A stretch of DNA of 64,000 bases from Candidatus Brennerbacteria bacterium (GTDB lineage: Bacteria; Patescibacteriota; Minisyncoccia; UBA6257; GWB1-50-10): positions 1,382-65,381 of the forward strand of contig JACPEK010000002.1 in the NCBI GenBank assembly GCA_016183535.1, given 5' to 3'. This document shows, one piece after another, positions 9,613-19,031 of this stretch (position 1 is the first letter of the stretch; every line of letters begins with the position of its first letter). The notes under the pieces were generated by a model that saw only the letters and a program-made list of their open reading frames with translations, was not told the DNA's origin and searched no databases. A program made the translations under genes and the position numbers.

Positions 9613-10872
9613 ATGAAGAAAAAAACCGCTGATAAAAAGAAAAAACTTGTAGCGAGACGCTCACCTTCCGGCACGCGGGTTCGCGCATTGCGCGGAGCAA
9701 AACCCGCGGCGCACCGTCCGGCGCGGAAAGATCCGCGGAATGCCGGCACAAAAAAAAACAAAAAGCAATCGTCGAAAAAGATTTCTCCCGAGGTTCTCAA
9801 AGAGTATGAAGCGCATCTCGACGAACTGGTGCGGCGCGGGAGGGGACGCGGGTTTGTCACGGACGCCGAGGTGTTGAACTATTTTCCCCATATCGAACAA
9901 CATCTCGGTTTTCTCGAGCGTGTTTACGAGCGGCTCGAGAAGGAGGGAATTAAGGTGCAGGAACCCGCGGGGCTTGTCACGAAGAAAGATCGTGAGGAAA
10001 TAAGCCTCGAGGAGCTTCGCAAGGCGACGGATATGGATGATATTCTACCCGATGCCGTACAGATGTATCTCAAGGAAATCGGGAAGACCGCACTCCTTAC
10101 GTCGAAGGAAGAAAAGGAACTCGCGAAGCGCATTGAGGCGGGCGACGAAACCGCGCGTCAAAAGCTTATCCAGGCCAACCTCCGGTTGGTGGTGAGTATC
10201 GCGAAGCGCTATGTGAACCGCTCGCCGCACCTTTCGATCCTCGACTTGGTGCAGGAGGGGAATATCGGGCTCTCGCGCGCGGTCGATAAGTTCGACTACC
10301 GCCGAGGATTCAAGTTTTCCACCTACGCCACCTGGTGGATCCGACAGGCGGTTACCCGCGCCTTAGCCGACTACTCCCGCACCATCCGCATTCCGGTTCA
10401 TATGGTGGAGACGATTACGAAGTATGCCCAGACAAAGCGGCGTCTGATGCAGGAGCTTGGCCGCGATCCGCTTCCCGAAGAAATTGCGACGGAGCTTGGC
10501 ATTGATGTGGAGAAGGTGCACTACATTCAGAAAATTTCCCAGGAAGTCATCTCGCTTGAAACTCCGATCGGTGATGACGATGACGACTCCATACTCTCGG
10601 ACTTTATTCCCGACGAGCGCGGCATGACCCCGGATCAACTTGCCTCGCACGCGCTCCTGCGCGACCAGATCAGGGAAATTCTCGCGGATTTGACCGAGCG
10701 GGAACAGAAAATTCTCTCGATGCGTTTTGGGCTTGAGGACAATATCCCGCACACCTTGGAGGAAGTGGGAAAAATCTTCGGCGTGACGCGCGAGCGCATA
10801 CGGCAGATTGAGGCGAAGGCGCTCGAAAAAATCAGAAGCCATGAAAAGGTGAAGAAACTCGAGGGATATTAA
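9613..10872 (+). CDS. rpoD: RNA polymerase primary sigma factor (sigma-70) with a K/R-rich N-terminal extension
   Basis: Region 2 [16 protein letters not shown] and [14 protein letters not shown], region 4 [22 protein letters not shown]. Confidence 0.93.
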   Translation: MKKKTADKKKKLVARRSPSGTRVRALRGAKPAAHRPARKDPRNAGTKKNKKQSSKKISPEVLKEYEAHLDELVRRGRGRGFVTDAEVLNYFPHIEQHLGFLERVYERLEKEGIKVQEPAGLVTKKDREEISLEELRKATDMDDILPDAVQMYLKEIGKTALLTSKEEKELAKRIEAGDETARQKLIQANLRLVVSIAKRYVNRSPHLSILDLVQEGNIGLSRAVDKFDYRRGFKFSTYATWWIRQAVTRALADYSRTIRIPVHMVETITKYAQTKRRLMQELGRDPLPEEIATELGIDVEKVHYIQKISQEVISLETPIGDDDDDSILSDFIPDERGMTPDQLASHALLRDQIREILADLTEREQKILSMRFGLEDNIPHTLEEVGKIFGVTRERIRQIEAKALEKIRSHEKVKKLEGY

Positions 10873-12617
10873 TGAACGGCAACGACATTCGCGCCGAGTT
10901 TCTGAAGTTTTTTGCCGCGCGAGGGCATGCGGTGGTGCCCTCCTCTTCGCTCGTGCCGGATGATCCGTCGGTGTTGTTCACCACCGCCGGAATGCAGCAG
11001 TTCAAGAGGTACTACACCGGCGAGCTCGACGCGAAGAAGGATTTCAAGAGTCTCAATGCCGCGTCCGTACAGAAATGTTTTCGTACCTCCGATATCGACG
11101 AGGTGGGGGACGAGTCGCACCTCACGTTTTTCGAGATGCTCGGGAACTTTTCGTTCGGAGAGTATTTTAAAGAAGGAGCCATCCAATACGGGTACGAATT
11201 CATCACAAAGGTCATGAAGCTTCCCATCGACTACGTGACGGTATTTGATCCGGATAAGGTGCCGGAAGGCGATTGGCGAAAAGGGGTGCCGCGCGACGAC
11301 GAATCGCGCGTCATCTGGGAAAAACTCGGCGTGAAAGATGTGCGAGGCGACGGAATAGATGTGTTTTGGGGCCCTACCGGCGCCGAAGGTCCGTGCGGTC
11401 CGACGACCGAAATTTATGTGAAAAGCGCTGCGGGAAAAAGTCTGGAGGTGTGGAATATTGTATTCAACGAGTTCTACCGCGATACAGAGAAAAAGTTAAC
11501 AAAACTCCAGACGCGCGGCGTGGATACCGGCATGGGCTTGGAGCGGCTTGCGATGGTGTCGCAGGGCGTGCCGACGATTTTTGAGACCGACCTCTTCACA
11601 CCGCTCATGAAGCTTTTACCTTCCAACCTATCCGAAAGGACCCGGCGCATTCTCGCGGACCACGTGCGCGGTATCGCGTTCCTATTATCCGATGGCGTGC
11701 GGCCGTCAAACAAGGAAGCGGGCTACGTGCTTCGGCGGCTTATGCGACGCCTCATCACACACCTCCACATTGCTGGTAATCCTATTGATCCAGCGCATCT
11801 TTATTGGGAGGTTCGTGAGCATTATGAAAAATTTTATCCTAAGCTTAACACTCAAATCGTTCTCGAAGAGTTTACCGTTGAATGGGCGCGATTTGAAAAA
11901 ACGCTTGCGGTGGGTTTGAAAGAGCTTGCAAAAGTTGATTCGCTCGATGCAAAGCGCGCATTCACCCTCTACGAGAGCTACGGATTGCCGTACGAAATCT
12001 TAAAGGAGCTTGGCGGTGAGAAGGCGAAGAGACTAAACCGTGAGGAGTTCGACGAGGAATTTGCGAAGCACCAAGAGATATCCCGCGCGGGATCGGTGAA
12101 GAAGTTCGGTGGCCACGGGCTCATTTTGAACACCGGAGAGCTGAAGGCGGGGGATGAAGAGGAGTTGAAAAAAATGACGCGTCTCCACACCGCGACCCAC
12201 TTGCTTCAGAAGGCGCTCCGCGAAGTGCTGGGGTCCGAGGTCGCCCAGCGCGGGTCGGACATCACGCCCGAGCGTACCCGTTTCGATTTCTCGTTCCCGC
12301 GGAAGGTGGAGAAGGAGGAGCTGGAGGAGGCGGAGGAGCTGGTGAATAAAAAGATAAAAGAGGACTTGCCGGTGAACTTCAAGGAAATGTCCAAGGAAGA
12401 AGCGGAAAAGACCGGCGCGCTGTATTTCTTCAAGGAGAAATACCCCAACCGCGTAAAGGTGTATTACGTGGGCCACTCGCTTGAAGATGCATGGAGTAAG
12501 GAATTCTGTGGCGGCCCGCACGTCATGCATACAGGAGAAATCGGTCGTATAAAGATTACAAAAGAAAAGGCGGTCGGGGTGGGAGTGCGGAGAATTCGAG
12601 CGATACTCGTGGAATGA
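10872..12617 (+). CDS. alaS: Alanine--tRNA ligase, short form (catalytic, tRNA-recognition and editing domains; no C-Ala domain)
   Basis: N-terminal FFAARGH...SSLVP...FTTAGMQQFK; editing-domain HTATHLL and CGGPHV motifs. At 581 aa it is shorter than canonical ~870-aa AlaRS. Confidence 0.85.
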   Translation: MNGNDIRAEFLKFFAARGHAVVPSSSLVPDDPSVLFTTAGMQQFKRYYTGELDAKKDFKSLNAASVQKCFRTSDIDEVGDESHLTFFEMLGNFSFGEYFKEGAIQYGYEFITKVMKLPIDYVTVFDPDKVPEGDWRKGVPRDDESRVIWEKLGVKDVRGDGIDVFWGPTGAEGPCGPTTEIYVKSAAGKSLEVWNIVFNEFYRDTEKKLTKLQTRGVDTGMGLERLAMVSQGVPTIFETDLFTPLMKLLPSNLSERTRRILADHVRGIAFLLSDGVRPSNKEAGYVLRRLMRRLITHLHIAGNPIDPAHLYWEVREHYEKFYPKLNTQIVLEEFTVEWARFEKTLAVGLKELAKVDSLDAKRAFTLYESYGLPYEILKELGGEKAKRLNREEFDEEFAKHQEISRAGSVKKFGGHGLILNTGELKAGDEEELKKMTRLHTATHLLQKALREVLGSEVAQRGSDITPERTRFDFSFPRKVEKEELEEAEELVNKKIKEDLPVNFKEMSKEEAEKTGALYFFKEKYPNRVKVYYVGHSLEDAWSKEFCGGPHVMHTGEIGRIKITKEKAVGVGVRRIRAILVE

Positions 12618-12624
12618 GCAAATT

Positions 12625-12664
12625 CACAACATTCCAACATTCTATAGAATGTTGGAATGTTGTG
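12625..12664. repeat. Perfect 40-bp palindrome, repeat family copy A (CACAACATTCCAACATTCTA|TAGAATGTTGGAATGTTGTG)
   Basis: Read directly from the sequence. It starts 8 nt after the alaS stop codon. Related copies are at 16797, 61291, 61617 and 63393. Confidence 0.9.
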
Positions 12665-12777
12665 CTGGTGCCACTTTACGATTCTCGAGGATTGTTAAGT
12701 GGCAAGTATAGTAAGTTGAGAAAAATCATTTCCATGCTTGAGCGCGGTAAGATAGAGGAGGGTATATAATAAATCAC

Positions 12778-14769
12778 ATGGAAGACGCACCGGAGAAAAA
12801 CGTGGCCTATTTCGGCCGTGTGGACTTTCGAAATCAAAATAGGCTTTTTGGCATCAAGCGCATCGACCGGCGCCAGCATATGTATGTGATCGGGAAAACC
12901 GGCACCGGGAAAAGCGCGATGCTTCACAACCTTATCGTCCAGGATATCGCGAACGGTGAGGGGGTGTGTGTGGTGGATCCACACGGCGAGCTTGTGGAAT
13001 CGATCCTCACGAAGATTCCGAAGGAGCGGGTCGCCGACGTGGTGTATTTCAACCCTGCGGACAGCGAATATCCAATGGGATTCAACGTGCTCGAACTCCC
13101 CGACCCGAAATACAAACATCTTGTGGCGTCCGGTCTCATGGGGATTTTCACGAAGATTTGGGCGGGTACGTGGTCCGCGCGGATGGAGTACATTTTGAAC
13201 AACGCGGTCCTGGCGCTCCTTGATACGCCGAGCTCGACGCTTCTCGGCGTGAGCCGCATTCTCGTCGACAAGGAATACCGCCAACAAATTCTCGCGAACG
13301 TGAAGGATCCGGTGGTGCGGTCGTTCTGGCTCAACGAATACGAGGAGTGGCGTGACCAGTTCAGAAACGAGGCCATCGCCCCGATCCAAAACAAAGTGGG
13401 GCAATTTCTCTCGACCGCGATGATTCGGAACGTGGTGGGTCAGCCGCGGAGCACCATCGACATTTTCAAGATCATGAACGAGGGGAAAATTTTTCTCGTG
13501 AACGTGTCAAAGGGCCGCATCGGGGAGGACAACTCGGCGCTCTTGGGCGCCATGCTCATCACAAAAATCCAACTCGCCGCGATGGAGCGCGTGCGCATTT
13601 CCGAGGATGAGCGCGTGGATTTCTACCTCTACGTGGACGAGTTCCAGAATTTTGCGACCGATTCGTTCGCGGGCATCCTTTCCGAGGCGCGGAAATACCG
13701 CCTGAATCTTGTACTTGCGCACCAGTATATCGGTCAGCTGGTTACGGATATTTCCACAAAGGTGCGCGACGCGGTGTTCGGGAATGTGGGGACGATGATC
13801 GTGTTTCGCGTGGGAGCCGCCGATGCGGAATTTTTGGAGCAGGAATTCACGCCGGAACTCACGCAGGAAGATATTGTAAACCTTCCGAACTACACGATTT
13901 ATCTCAAGCTTATGGTGGACGGCATTACCTCGCGGCCGTTTTCCGCGCGCACCCTCCCGCCATTCAAAGTGGAAACTTCGGAAAGCGCCGCGGAGATGGT
14001 AATGATCGAATCGCGCCGGCGTTATGCGAAACCGCGGTATGCGGTGGAGGGAGAAATTACGCGGTGGGCGGGTGGCATGGTGGAAAATAATGGCGCGGCG
14101 GATGGATCCGACGAAAATCACTTTGGGGGCGCGGGGGGAGGTGAGGCGGGAAAATTCGAGGCGGTATGTTCCTCGTGCGGGAAAATCACCACCGTGCCGT
14201 TCAAGCCGCTCCCAGGGCGTCCCGTCTATTGCCAGGATTGTCTGAAAAAAATAAAAACCGGCGAGCTCCCGCCGGTGCGAGTGCCACGCCTGCCCGACCA
14301 GCAAGCGGGTGCGCTTTCGGAACGGGAAGAAACCGGCTCCATGAGCCATCTCGCAAAACTGGGAATAGAGTTCGGGGCTAATGTCCGTGGCGCCGAGAAT
14401 GCTCGTCATAAGCGTGAGGGGGAACATGCGCCGACACCGCGTCGGTTCACAGAAATAAGACCGCGTCCCGCGCCAGTCAACAAAAAGAATTTTGAAAAAC
14501 GCGAAACGCCTCCGCCTCTGCCGGTCGTAGCGGGCCTTAATGAAAAAAATCGCCAAGAGCACCAAGAAAGGCCGCGTCATCGCCCTTCCATCCTCCGCGA
14601 TGATCCTGCCATCCCCGTCTCTTCGGAGGAGGAGCAGGAACATAAACTTCGCTTGAGCGAGCTCCAACCGACGGAACTGAAGGAAACAAAAAAGCCGTCG
14701 TGGGACGACGGCGAGCCGGACATCAAGGGGTTGCAGGATGCGCTCCGCGACGCGCTCAAAAATATTTAA
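12778..14769 (+). CDS. TraG/VirD4/TrwB-like (T4SS coupling-protein-like) P-loop ATPase with a C-terminal CxxC-x17-CxxC zinc ribbon and a long disordered K/E/P-rich tail
   Basis: Walker A IGKTGTGKS, VVDPHGE, Walker B YLYVDEFQNF, AHQYIGQL. CSSCGK...YCQDC ribbon near aa 460. The last ~200 aa are low complexity. TATAAT lies 7 nt upstream of the ATG. Confidence 0.6.
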   Translation: MEDAPEKNVAYFGRVDFRNQNRLFGIKRIDRRQHMYVIGKTGTGKSAMLHNLIVQDIANGEGVCVVDPHGELVESILTKIPKERVADVVYFNPADSEYPMGFNVLELPDPKYKHLVASGLMGIFTKIWAGTWSARMEYILNNAVLALLDTPSSTLLGVSRILVDKEYRQQILANVKDPVVRSFWLNEYEEWRDQFRNEAIAPIQNKVGQFLSTAMIRNVVGQPRSTIDIFKIMNEGKIFLVNVSKGRIGEDNSALLGAMLITKIQLAAMERVRISEDERVDFYLYVDEFQNFATDSFAGILSEARKYRLNLVLAHQYIGQLVTDISTKVRDAVFGNVGTMIVFRVGAADAEFLEQEFTPELTQEDIVNLPNYTIYLKLMVDGITSRPFSARTLPPFKVETSESAAEMVMIESRRRYAKPRYAVEGEITRWAGGMVENNGAADGSDENHFGGAGGGEAGKFEAVCSSCGKITTVPFKPLPGRPVYCQDCLKKIKTGELPPVRVPRLPDQQAGALSEREETGSMSHLAKLGIEFGANVRGAENARHKREGEHAPTPRRFTEIRPRPAPVNKKNFEKRETPPPLPVVAGLNEKNRQEHQERPRHRPSILRDDPAIPVSSEEEQEHKLRLSELQPTELKETKKPSWDDGEPDIKGLQDALRDALKNI

Positions 14770-15341
14770 GCCTTTTCGACGCGCTCGGCATAAGCGCCGG
14801 TCGCGGTGTTGATGCGGACGATGTCGCCCTCGCCGATGAAGAGGGGAACATTCACCTTGCCGCCGGTTTCGAGCGTGACCGACTTCGTGCCGCCGGTCGC
14901 GGTGTCGCCTTTCACGGCGGGCGGCGCCTCGATAACCTTGAGATCTATTTTCACGGGGAGTTCGATCGAGATGATAGCGTCCTTGAATTTAAAGGCTTTC
15001 ACCTCCGTGTTTGTTTTCAAGAATTGGCCCGCATCTCCGATGAGTTCGTCGGTGAGGCTGAAACGTGCCGCAGGTTTTCCTTTCTCGTGAAACCAATACT
15101 CGCCCTTGGCGTGGTAGATAAAATTAACCAGCGCGGTCTCGATCTCCACCTCGTAAAAACTCTCGTTCTGGTGTGCGGCATAGTCGAGCACCTTCCCGGT
15201 GAGGAGGTTTTTGATCTTGAGCTGGGTTACCGGTTTCCGCTGTTGCATGCGGATGAACGCGTACTCCATCACCTTGTAGGGGTTTGGGTCCTCGTTCTTG
15301 GTGAAGATGGTGCCAACTTTCAATTCGTTATAGGAAAGCAT
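14766..15341 (-). CDS. efp: Elongation factor P
   Basis: 191 aa with KOW-like N-domain plus two OB domains; LLTGKV...GDIVRINTATGAYAERV. Confidence 0.88.
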   Translation of the reverse strand: MLSYNELKVGTIFTKNEDPNPYKVMEYAFIRMQQRKPVTQLKIKNLLTGKVLDYAAHQNESFYEVEIETALVNFIYHAKGEYWFHEKGKPAARFSLTDELIGDAGQFLKTNTEVKAFKFKDAIISIELPVKIDLKVIEAPPAVKGDTATGGTKSVTLETGGKVNVPLFIGEGDIVRINTATGAYAERVEKA

Positions 15342-15356
15342 TGCTCGTAGATTCTA

Positions 15357-16610
15357 TTGAAGGATGTGCGTTTTTGCAAGTATGATGGGGGTGCTATGGC
15401 GACTAAGCGAAAAGTATTCGTTGCAATGTCCGGGGGTGTTGATTCGTCGGTCGCGGCATTGTTGCTCAAACAGGCTACACCAAATAATTTCTCGAAATTA
15501 TTTAGTCGCCCGACCCCGAAGGGGTTTAGAGGCTACGACGTGACCGGCGTTTTCATGCGTTGCTACAACATCGACGGGTGCGCGGAGCGCGACGCCGAGG
15601 ATGCCCGCCGCGTCGCGGAGCATATCGGCATTCCTTTTTATGTTTTTGATTTTGAGGAGGAATACAAGAAGCGCGTGGTGGTGTACATGGTGGAAGGGTA
15701 TCGTGCGGGACTCACGCCGAACCCGGATGTGATGTGCAACCGCGAGATAAAGTTCGGCCTGTTTTTCAAAAAAGTGATGGCGCTCGGAGCGGATTACGTG
15801 GCGACGGGGCATTATGCGAGATTGAAGAATTACAAAATTGAAGGATTGAAAAATTCCATTTCTGGAGATAATAAAAAATCTTTCAATTATTCAATCTTTC
15901 AATCCAAGGATTTGAACAAGGACCAGTCGTATTTCCTGTGGACGCTCACACAAAATGAATTGTCGCGCACGTTTTTCCCGGTCGGCGATCTTCTGAAGCC
16001 CGAGGTGCGCGCGATCGCGAAGAAAGCGGAACTCCCGACCGCGGAGAAAAAGGATTCACAGGGCATTTGTTTCTTGGGTGATGTGTCGCTTATGGATTTT
16101 CTCTCGCAATATCTTCCGCGCGAGCGTGGCGCGGTCTTCAACATTGAGGGGAAAAAAATAGGGGAGCATGAAGGCGCGCACTTCTACACCATCGGCCAGC
16201 GGCATATCGGCGTTGCCTCGCTTAAGAAAGGAGGCGGCGCCAAGCCGCACTATGTAGTGGAGAAGGATATCGAGACGAACGCGGTTGTGGTGGCGGAAGG
16301 TTCCGATCACCCCGCGCTTTATAGGAATGAAATTGTGCTCACAGACGTGAATTTTGTAAATCCTCCCATGTCTTCTTTGATGCGTAGGAATAAGCGAATA
16401 GAGGTGATGGCACGGGTAAGATATCGCCAGCCGCTCGCGCCCGCGGTTTTTAAAATTGCCCCGACCTCGTCGCGGATTCGCAATGAAATTGGAAAAAACG
16501 GGAAATGGAAAATTGAATTTGACCAGCCGGTCAAATTCGTCGCTCCCGGCCAATCCGCGGTCTTTTATTCGAAGAGGGGAGAATTACTGGGCGGAGGAAT
16601 CATCGTTTGA
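15357..16610 (+). CDS. mnmA: tRNA-specific 2-thiouridylase MnmA (with an insertion)
   Basis: PP-loop SGGVDSS; catalytic Cys motifs (CNREIKFG, GICFLG). An alternative start exists at 15396 (MATKRK). Confidence 0.85.
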   Translation: MKDVRFCKYDGGAMATKRKVFVAMSGGVDSSVAALLLKQATPNNFSKLFSRPTPKGFRGYDVTGVFMRCYNIDGCAERDAEDARRVAEHIGIPFYVFDFEEEYKKRVVVYMVEGYRAGLTPNPDVMCNREIKFGLFFKKVMALGADYVATGHYARLKNYKIEGLKNSISGDNKKSFNYSIFQSKDLNKDQSYFLWTLTQNELSRTFFPVGDLLKPEVRAIAKKAELPTAEKKDSQGICFLGDVSLMDFLSQYLPRERGAVFNIEGKKIGEHEGAHFYTIGQRHIGVASLKKGGGAKPHYVVEKDIETNAVVVAEGSDHPALYRNEIVLTDVNFVNPPMSSLMRRNKRIEVMARVRYRQPLAPAVFKIAPTSSRIRNEIGKNGKWKIEFDQPVKFVAPGQSAVFYSKRGELLGGGIIV

Positions 16611-16650
16611 AACGACGTCGGGGAGAGACCAGTTGGCTATACTGGACCTA

Positions 16651-18138
16651 ATGCGAGCGTACGACGCGTTTTTCTTCGGGGCGCTTTTCTTTCTCCTCGG
16701 AGTGCTGGTTGCCAGTATGGGATGGCATGAAGCGGTGTGGTGGATCGTCGGAGGCGGGATTGCGCTCTCGATCGCGTTCCAGCTTTGCCACCGTAAAAAA
16801 CATTCTAACATTCTATCGAATGTTAGAATGTGGTGGTGGGGGGAGGGGTGGCTCGTCGTGGCCGTTCTTCTTTTTTTCATTCCCGCAGGCGCGTTTTACT
16901 ATAGAACGGATGATGCGCATTTTAGTCGCGCGCCGCTCCCGGAAGACGAACGGACGTTTCGTGTCGCGGTGGTGTCGCATCCGACGGTGAAAGAAGGGAC
17001 GCAGGAGGCCGTGTTCGCGCTTGAAGGGTACAATATCCGCGTTCTCGCAAAACTCCCGGCCTATCCTGCGTTCTCGTACGGCGATCGCGCGATGTTCGAG
17101 GGGCGTATCGAGAAACCGTTTTCCGATTCGTATCGCACCTACCTCGCGAAAGAACGGATACGCGGGGTGATGGCGTTTCCTAAAATTTTCGCGCACGAAT
17201 CCGGAAACTTATCGTTCCGCGCCGCACTCTATATGTTCCGTGATAAAATCGTTGATGCTTTCCGCCGGACGCTTCCCGCGAAAGAAGCCGCGCTCATGGC
17301 GGGCGTTACGGTCGGGGCGCGCGAGGATTTCTCGGAAGAATTCCGCGCCGCGATGGCGAAGAGCGGCACCACGCATATCACCGCGCTTTCGGGTTACAAC
17401 ATTTCGGTGGTCATTCAATACGTGATGTGGTTTTTGCTTTTCGTATTCCCGCGCCGCAGCGCGTTTATCGCTACGCTCGGGGTGGTGCTTGCGTTCGTGC
17501 TTATGACGGGCGCCGAGGCTTCGGTGGTGCGCGCGGCGGTAATGGGGGCGATCGCGCTTCTCGCGTCTCATGTGGGACGTCGCGCAAGCACGAGAAATAT
17601 AATCATACTCGCGGCGCTCGCGATGGTGCTCGTAAATCCGAAGGTGCTCGCATTTGACCTCGGATTCCAACTTTCATTCCTCGCGCTTCTCGGGATTGTA
17701 TATCTCAAGCCCGCGCTCGACCGGTTTTTTGGATGGGGAAGGGATCATGGGCGGGGTGTTTTCTCGTGGCGTGAAAACCTCACGACGACCGCGTCGGCGC
17801 AATTTGCGGTCGCGCCACTCCTCATCCATACCTTCGGGAGTGTGAGCGTTACCTCGCTCGCCGCGAACCTTCTGGTTCTTGAAGTGGTGCCGCTCACGAT
17901 GGGGCTTGGTTTTATCCTCGCGGGAGTTTCGCTTGTTTCGCTATTTCTTTCAAAACTCATTGCGCTTGTGGCGCTCCTCTTCCTCAAATTTCAGACGTTC
18001 GTAATCGAATTATTTGCAACCCTCGCCATACCGGTGGGGCCGACGTTTTCTCTCGGCACAGTCTTGCTTTACTACGGGGCGATCGTCGTATTTGTGTATT
18101 ATGTTCGCCGAAATCGCTTCATTCCTCGAAAAATCTAG
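16651..18138 (+). CDS. comEC: ComEC/Rec2 competence channel protein, N-terminal part (TM helices, DUF4131-like OB domain, competence domain)
   Basis: Multi-TM; SGTTHITALSGYNISVV competence motif. The start was moved to the first ATG after the mnmA stop. The MBL domain is in a separate overlapping ORF (next feature). Confidence 0.75.
   Translation: MRAYDAFFFGALFFLLGVLVASMGWHEAVWWIVGGGIALSIAFQLCHRKKHSNILSNVRMWWWGEGWLVVAVLLFFIPAGAFYYRTDDAHFSRAPLPEDERTFRVAVVSHPTVKEGTQEAVFALEGYNIRVLAKLPAYPAFSYGDRAMFEGRIEKPFSDSYRTYLAKERIRGVMAFPKIFAHESGNLSFRAALYMFRDKIVDAFRRTLPAKEAALMAGVTVGAREDFSEEFRAAMAKSGTTHITALSGYNISVVIQYVMWFLLFVFPRRSAFIATLGVVLAFVLMTGAEASVVRAAVMGAIALLASHVGRRASTRNIIILAALAMVLVNPKVLAFDLGFQLSFLALLGIVYLKPALDRFFGWGRDHGRGVFSWRENLTTTASAQFAVAPLLIHTFGSVSVTSLAANLLVLEVVPLTMGLGFILAGVSLVSLFLSKLIALVALLFLKFQTFVIELFATLAIPVGPTFSLGTVLLYYGAIVVFVYYVRRNRFIPRKI
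16797..16830. repeat. Palindrome repeat family copy B (ACATTCTAACATTC-TATC-GAATGTTAGAATGT), in frame inside comEC
   Basis: 14-bp stem with a 4-nt loop, one substitution relative to the copy A core. It encodes KKHSNILSNVRMW between TM2 and the OB domain. Confidence 0.85.
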
Positions 18139-18997
18139 ACGACGCACGTTCCTCGTGCTTGTGGCGCTCATTATCCTCGACGCCTTCCTTTTCGGTGTGC
18201 TTGGCGCGGAAGGCGGGGAAAATGGCGGTGCTTCGGTTTCATTCCTCGACGTGGGACAGGGCGACGCATCACTCATCGAGCTGGAGCGCGGCGTGCAGAT
18301 TCTGATTGATGGTGGGCCGCCGAACGGGCGGCTCCTCGCGGCGCTCGGGGAAATCATGCCACCGATTGATCGCACGATTGAACTCGTGGTGCTTACCCAT
18401 CCCGAACTTGACCACTATGGTGGGTTTATTGATCTCCTCACGCGCTACGACGTTGGCGCGTTTCTTGAAACCGGCGTAACGAAAGAAGTTGATGCCTACT
18501 CGACGTTGGCGCGAATTCTCGAGGAACGCGGCGTGCGCCGCATCACACTCCGCGCCGGCGACCGTGTTCGATATGCGGAAAATATTGTTACCGTGCTCTC
18601 GCCCGACGAAGCGCTCGCGCACGCGAAGGAGAAGAATGACACGGGGTTTGTGCTTGCATTCGAGTCGGATCCGTCCGCCGGCGGCGCGCGCTTTCTTTTC
18701 ACCGCGGACATCGGGGCGGAGGTGGAACGGGCGGTCGCAAAAATTATCGACGTTCCCTTCGATGTGCTCAAAGTTTCACACCACGGATCGAAATTTTCTT
18801 CCGATGCGCAATTCCTCGCCACGGTGCGGCCGGCGCTTGCCGCAATTGAGGTCGGGAAGAATTCCTACGGCCACCCAACCAAAGAGGCACTCGCGCGCCT
18901 TGAAGCGGTGGGGACAAAAATCTACCGCACGGACCGCGATGGGACAATCACGGTACGGGTAGAAAATGGCCGCCTACGCGTTTTTGATGAAAGGTAA
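18101..18997 (+). CDS. Metallo-beta-lactamase fold domain protein (ComEC C-terminal domain encoded as a separate ORF)
   Basis: LDVGQGDASLIEL...ILIDGG, HPELDHYGG, KVSHHGS motifs. It overlaps the end of the comEC N-terminal ORF by 38 nt in a different frame. Confidence 0.75.
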   Translation: MFAEIASFLEKSRRRTFLVLVALIILDAFLFGVLGAEGGENGGASVSFLDVGQGDASLIELERGVQILIDGGPPNGRLLAALGEIMPPIDRTIELVVLTHPELDHYGGFIDLLTRYDVGAFLETGVTKEVDAYSTLARILEERGVRRITLRAGDRVRYAENIVTVLSPDEALAHAKEKNDTGFVLAFESDPSAGGARFLFTADIGAEVERAVAKIIDVPFDVLKVSHHGSKFSSDAQFLATVRPALAAIEVGKNSYGHPTKEALARLEAVGTKIYRTDRDGTITVRVENGRLRVFDER

Positions 18998-19031
18998 CGG
19001 GCGGGGTACAATAGTGATAACGTAATCAACC

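Noticed and set aside
14766-15341. Identifying the EF-P modified residue (beta-lysyl-Lys versus rhamnosyl-Arg) from the loop QQRKP
   Set aside because: The loop has both Arg and Lys adjacent and the alignment is ambiguous by one position, so I cannot assign it by eye.
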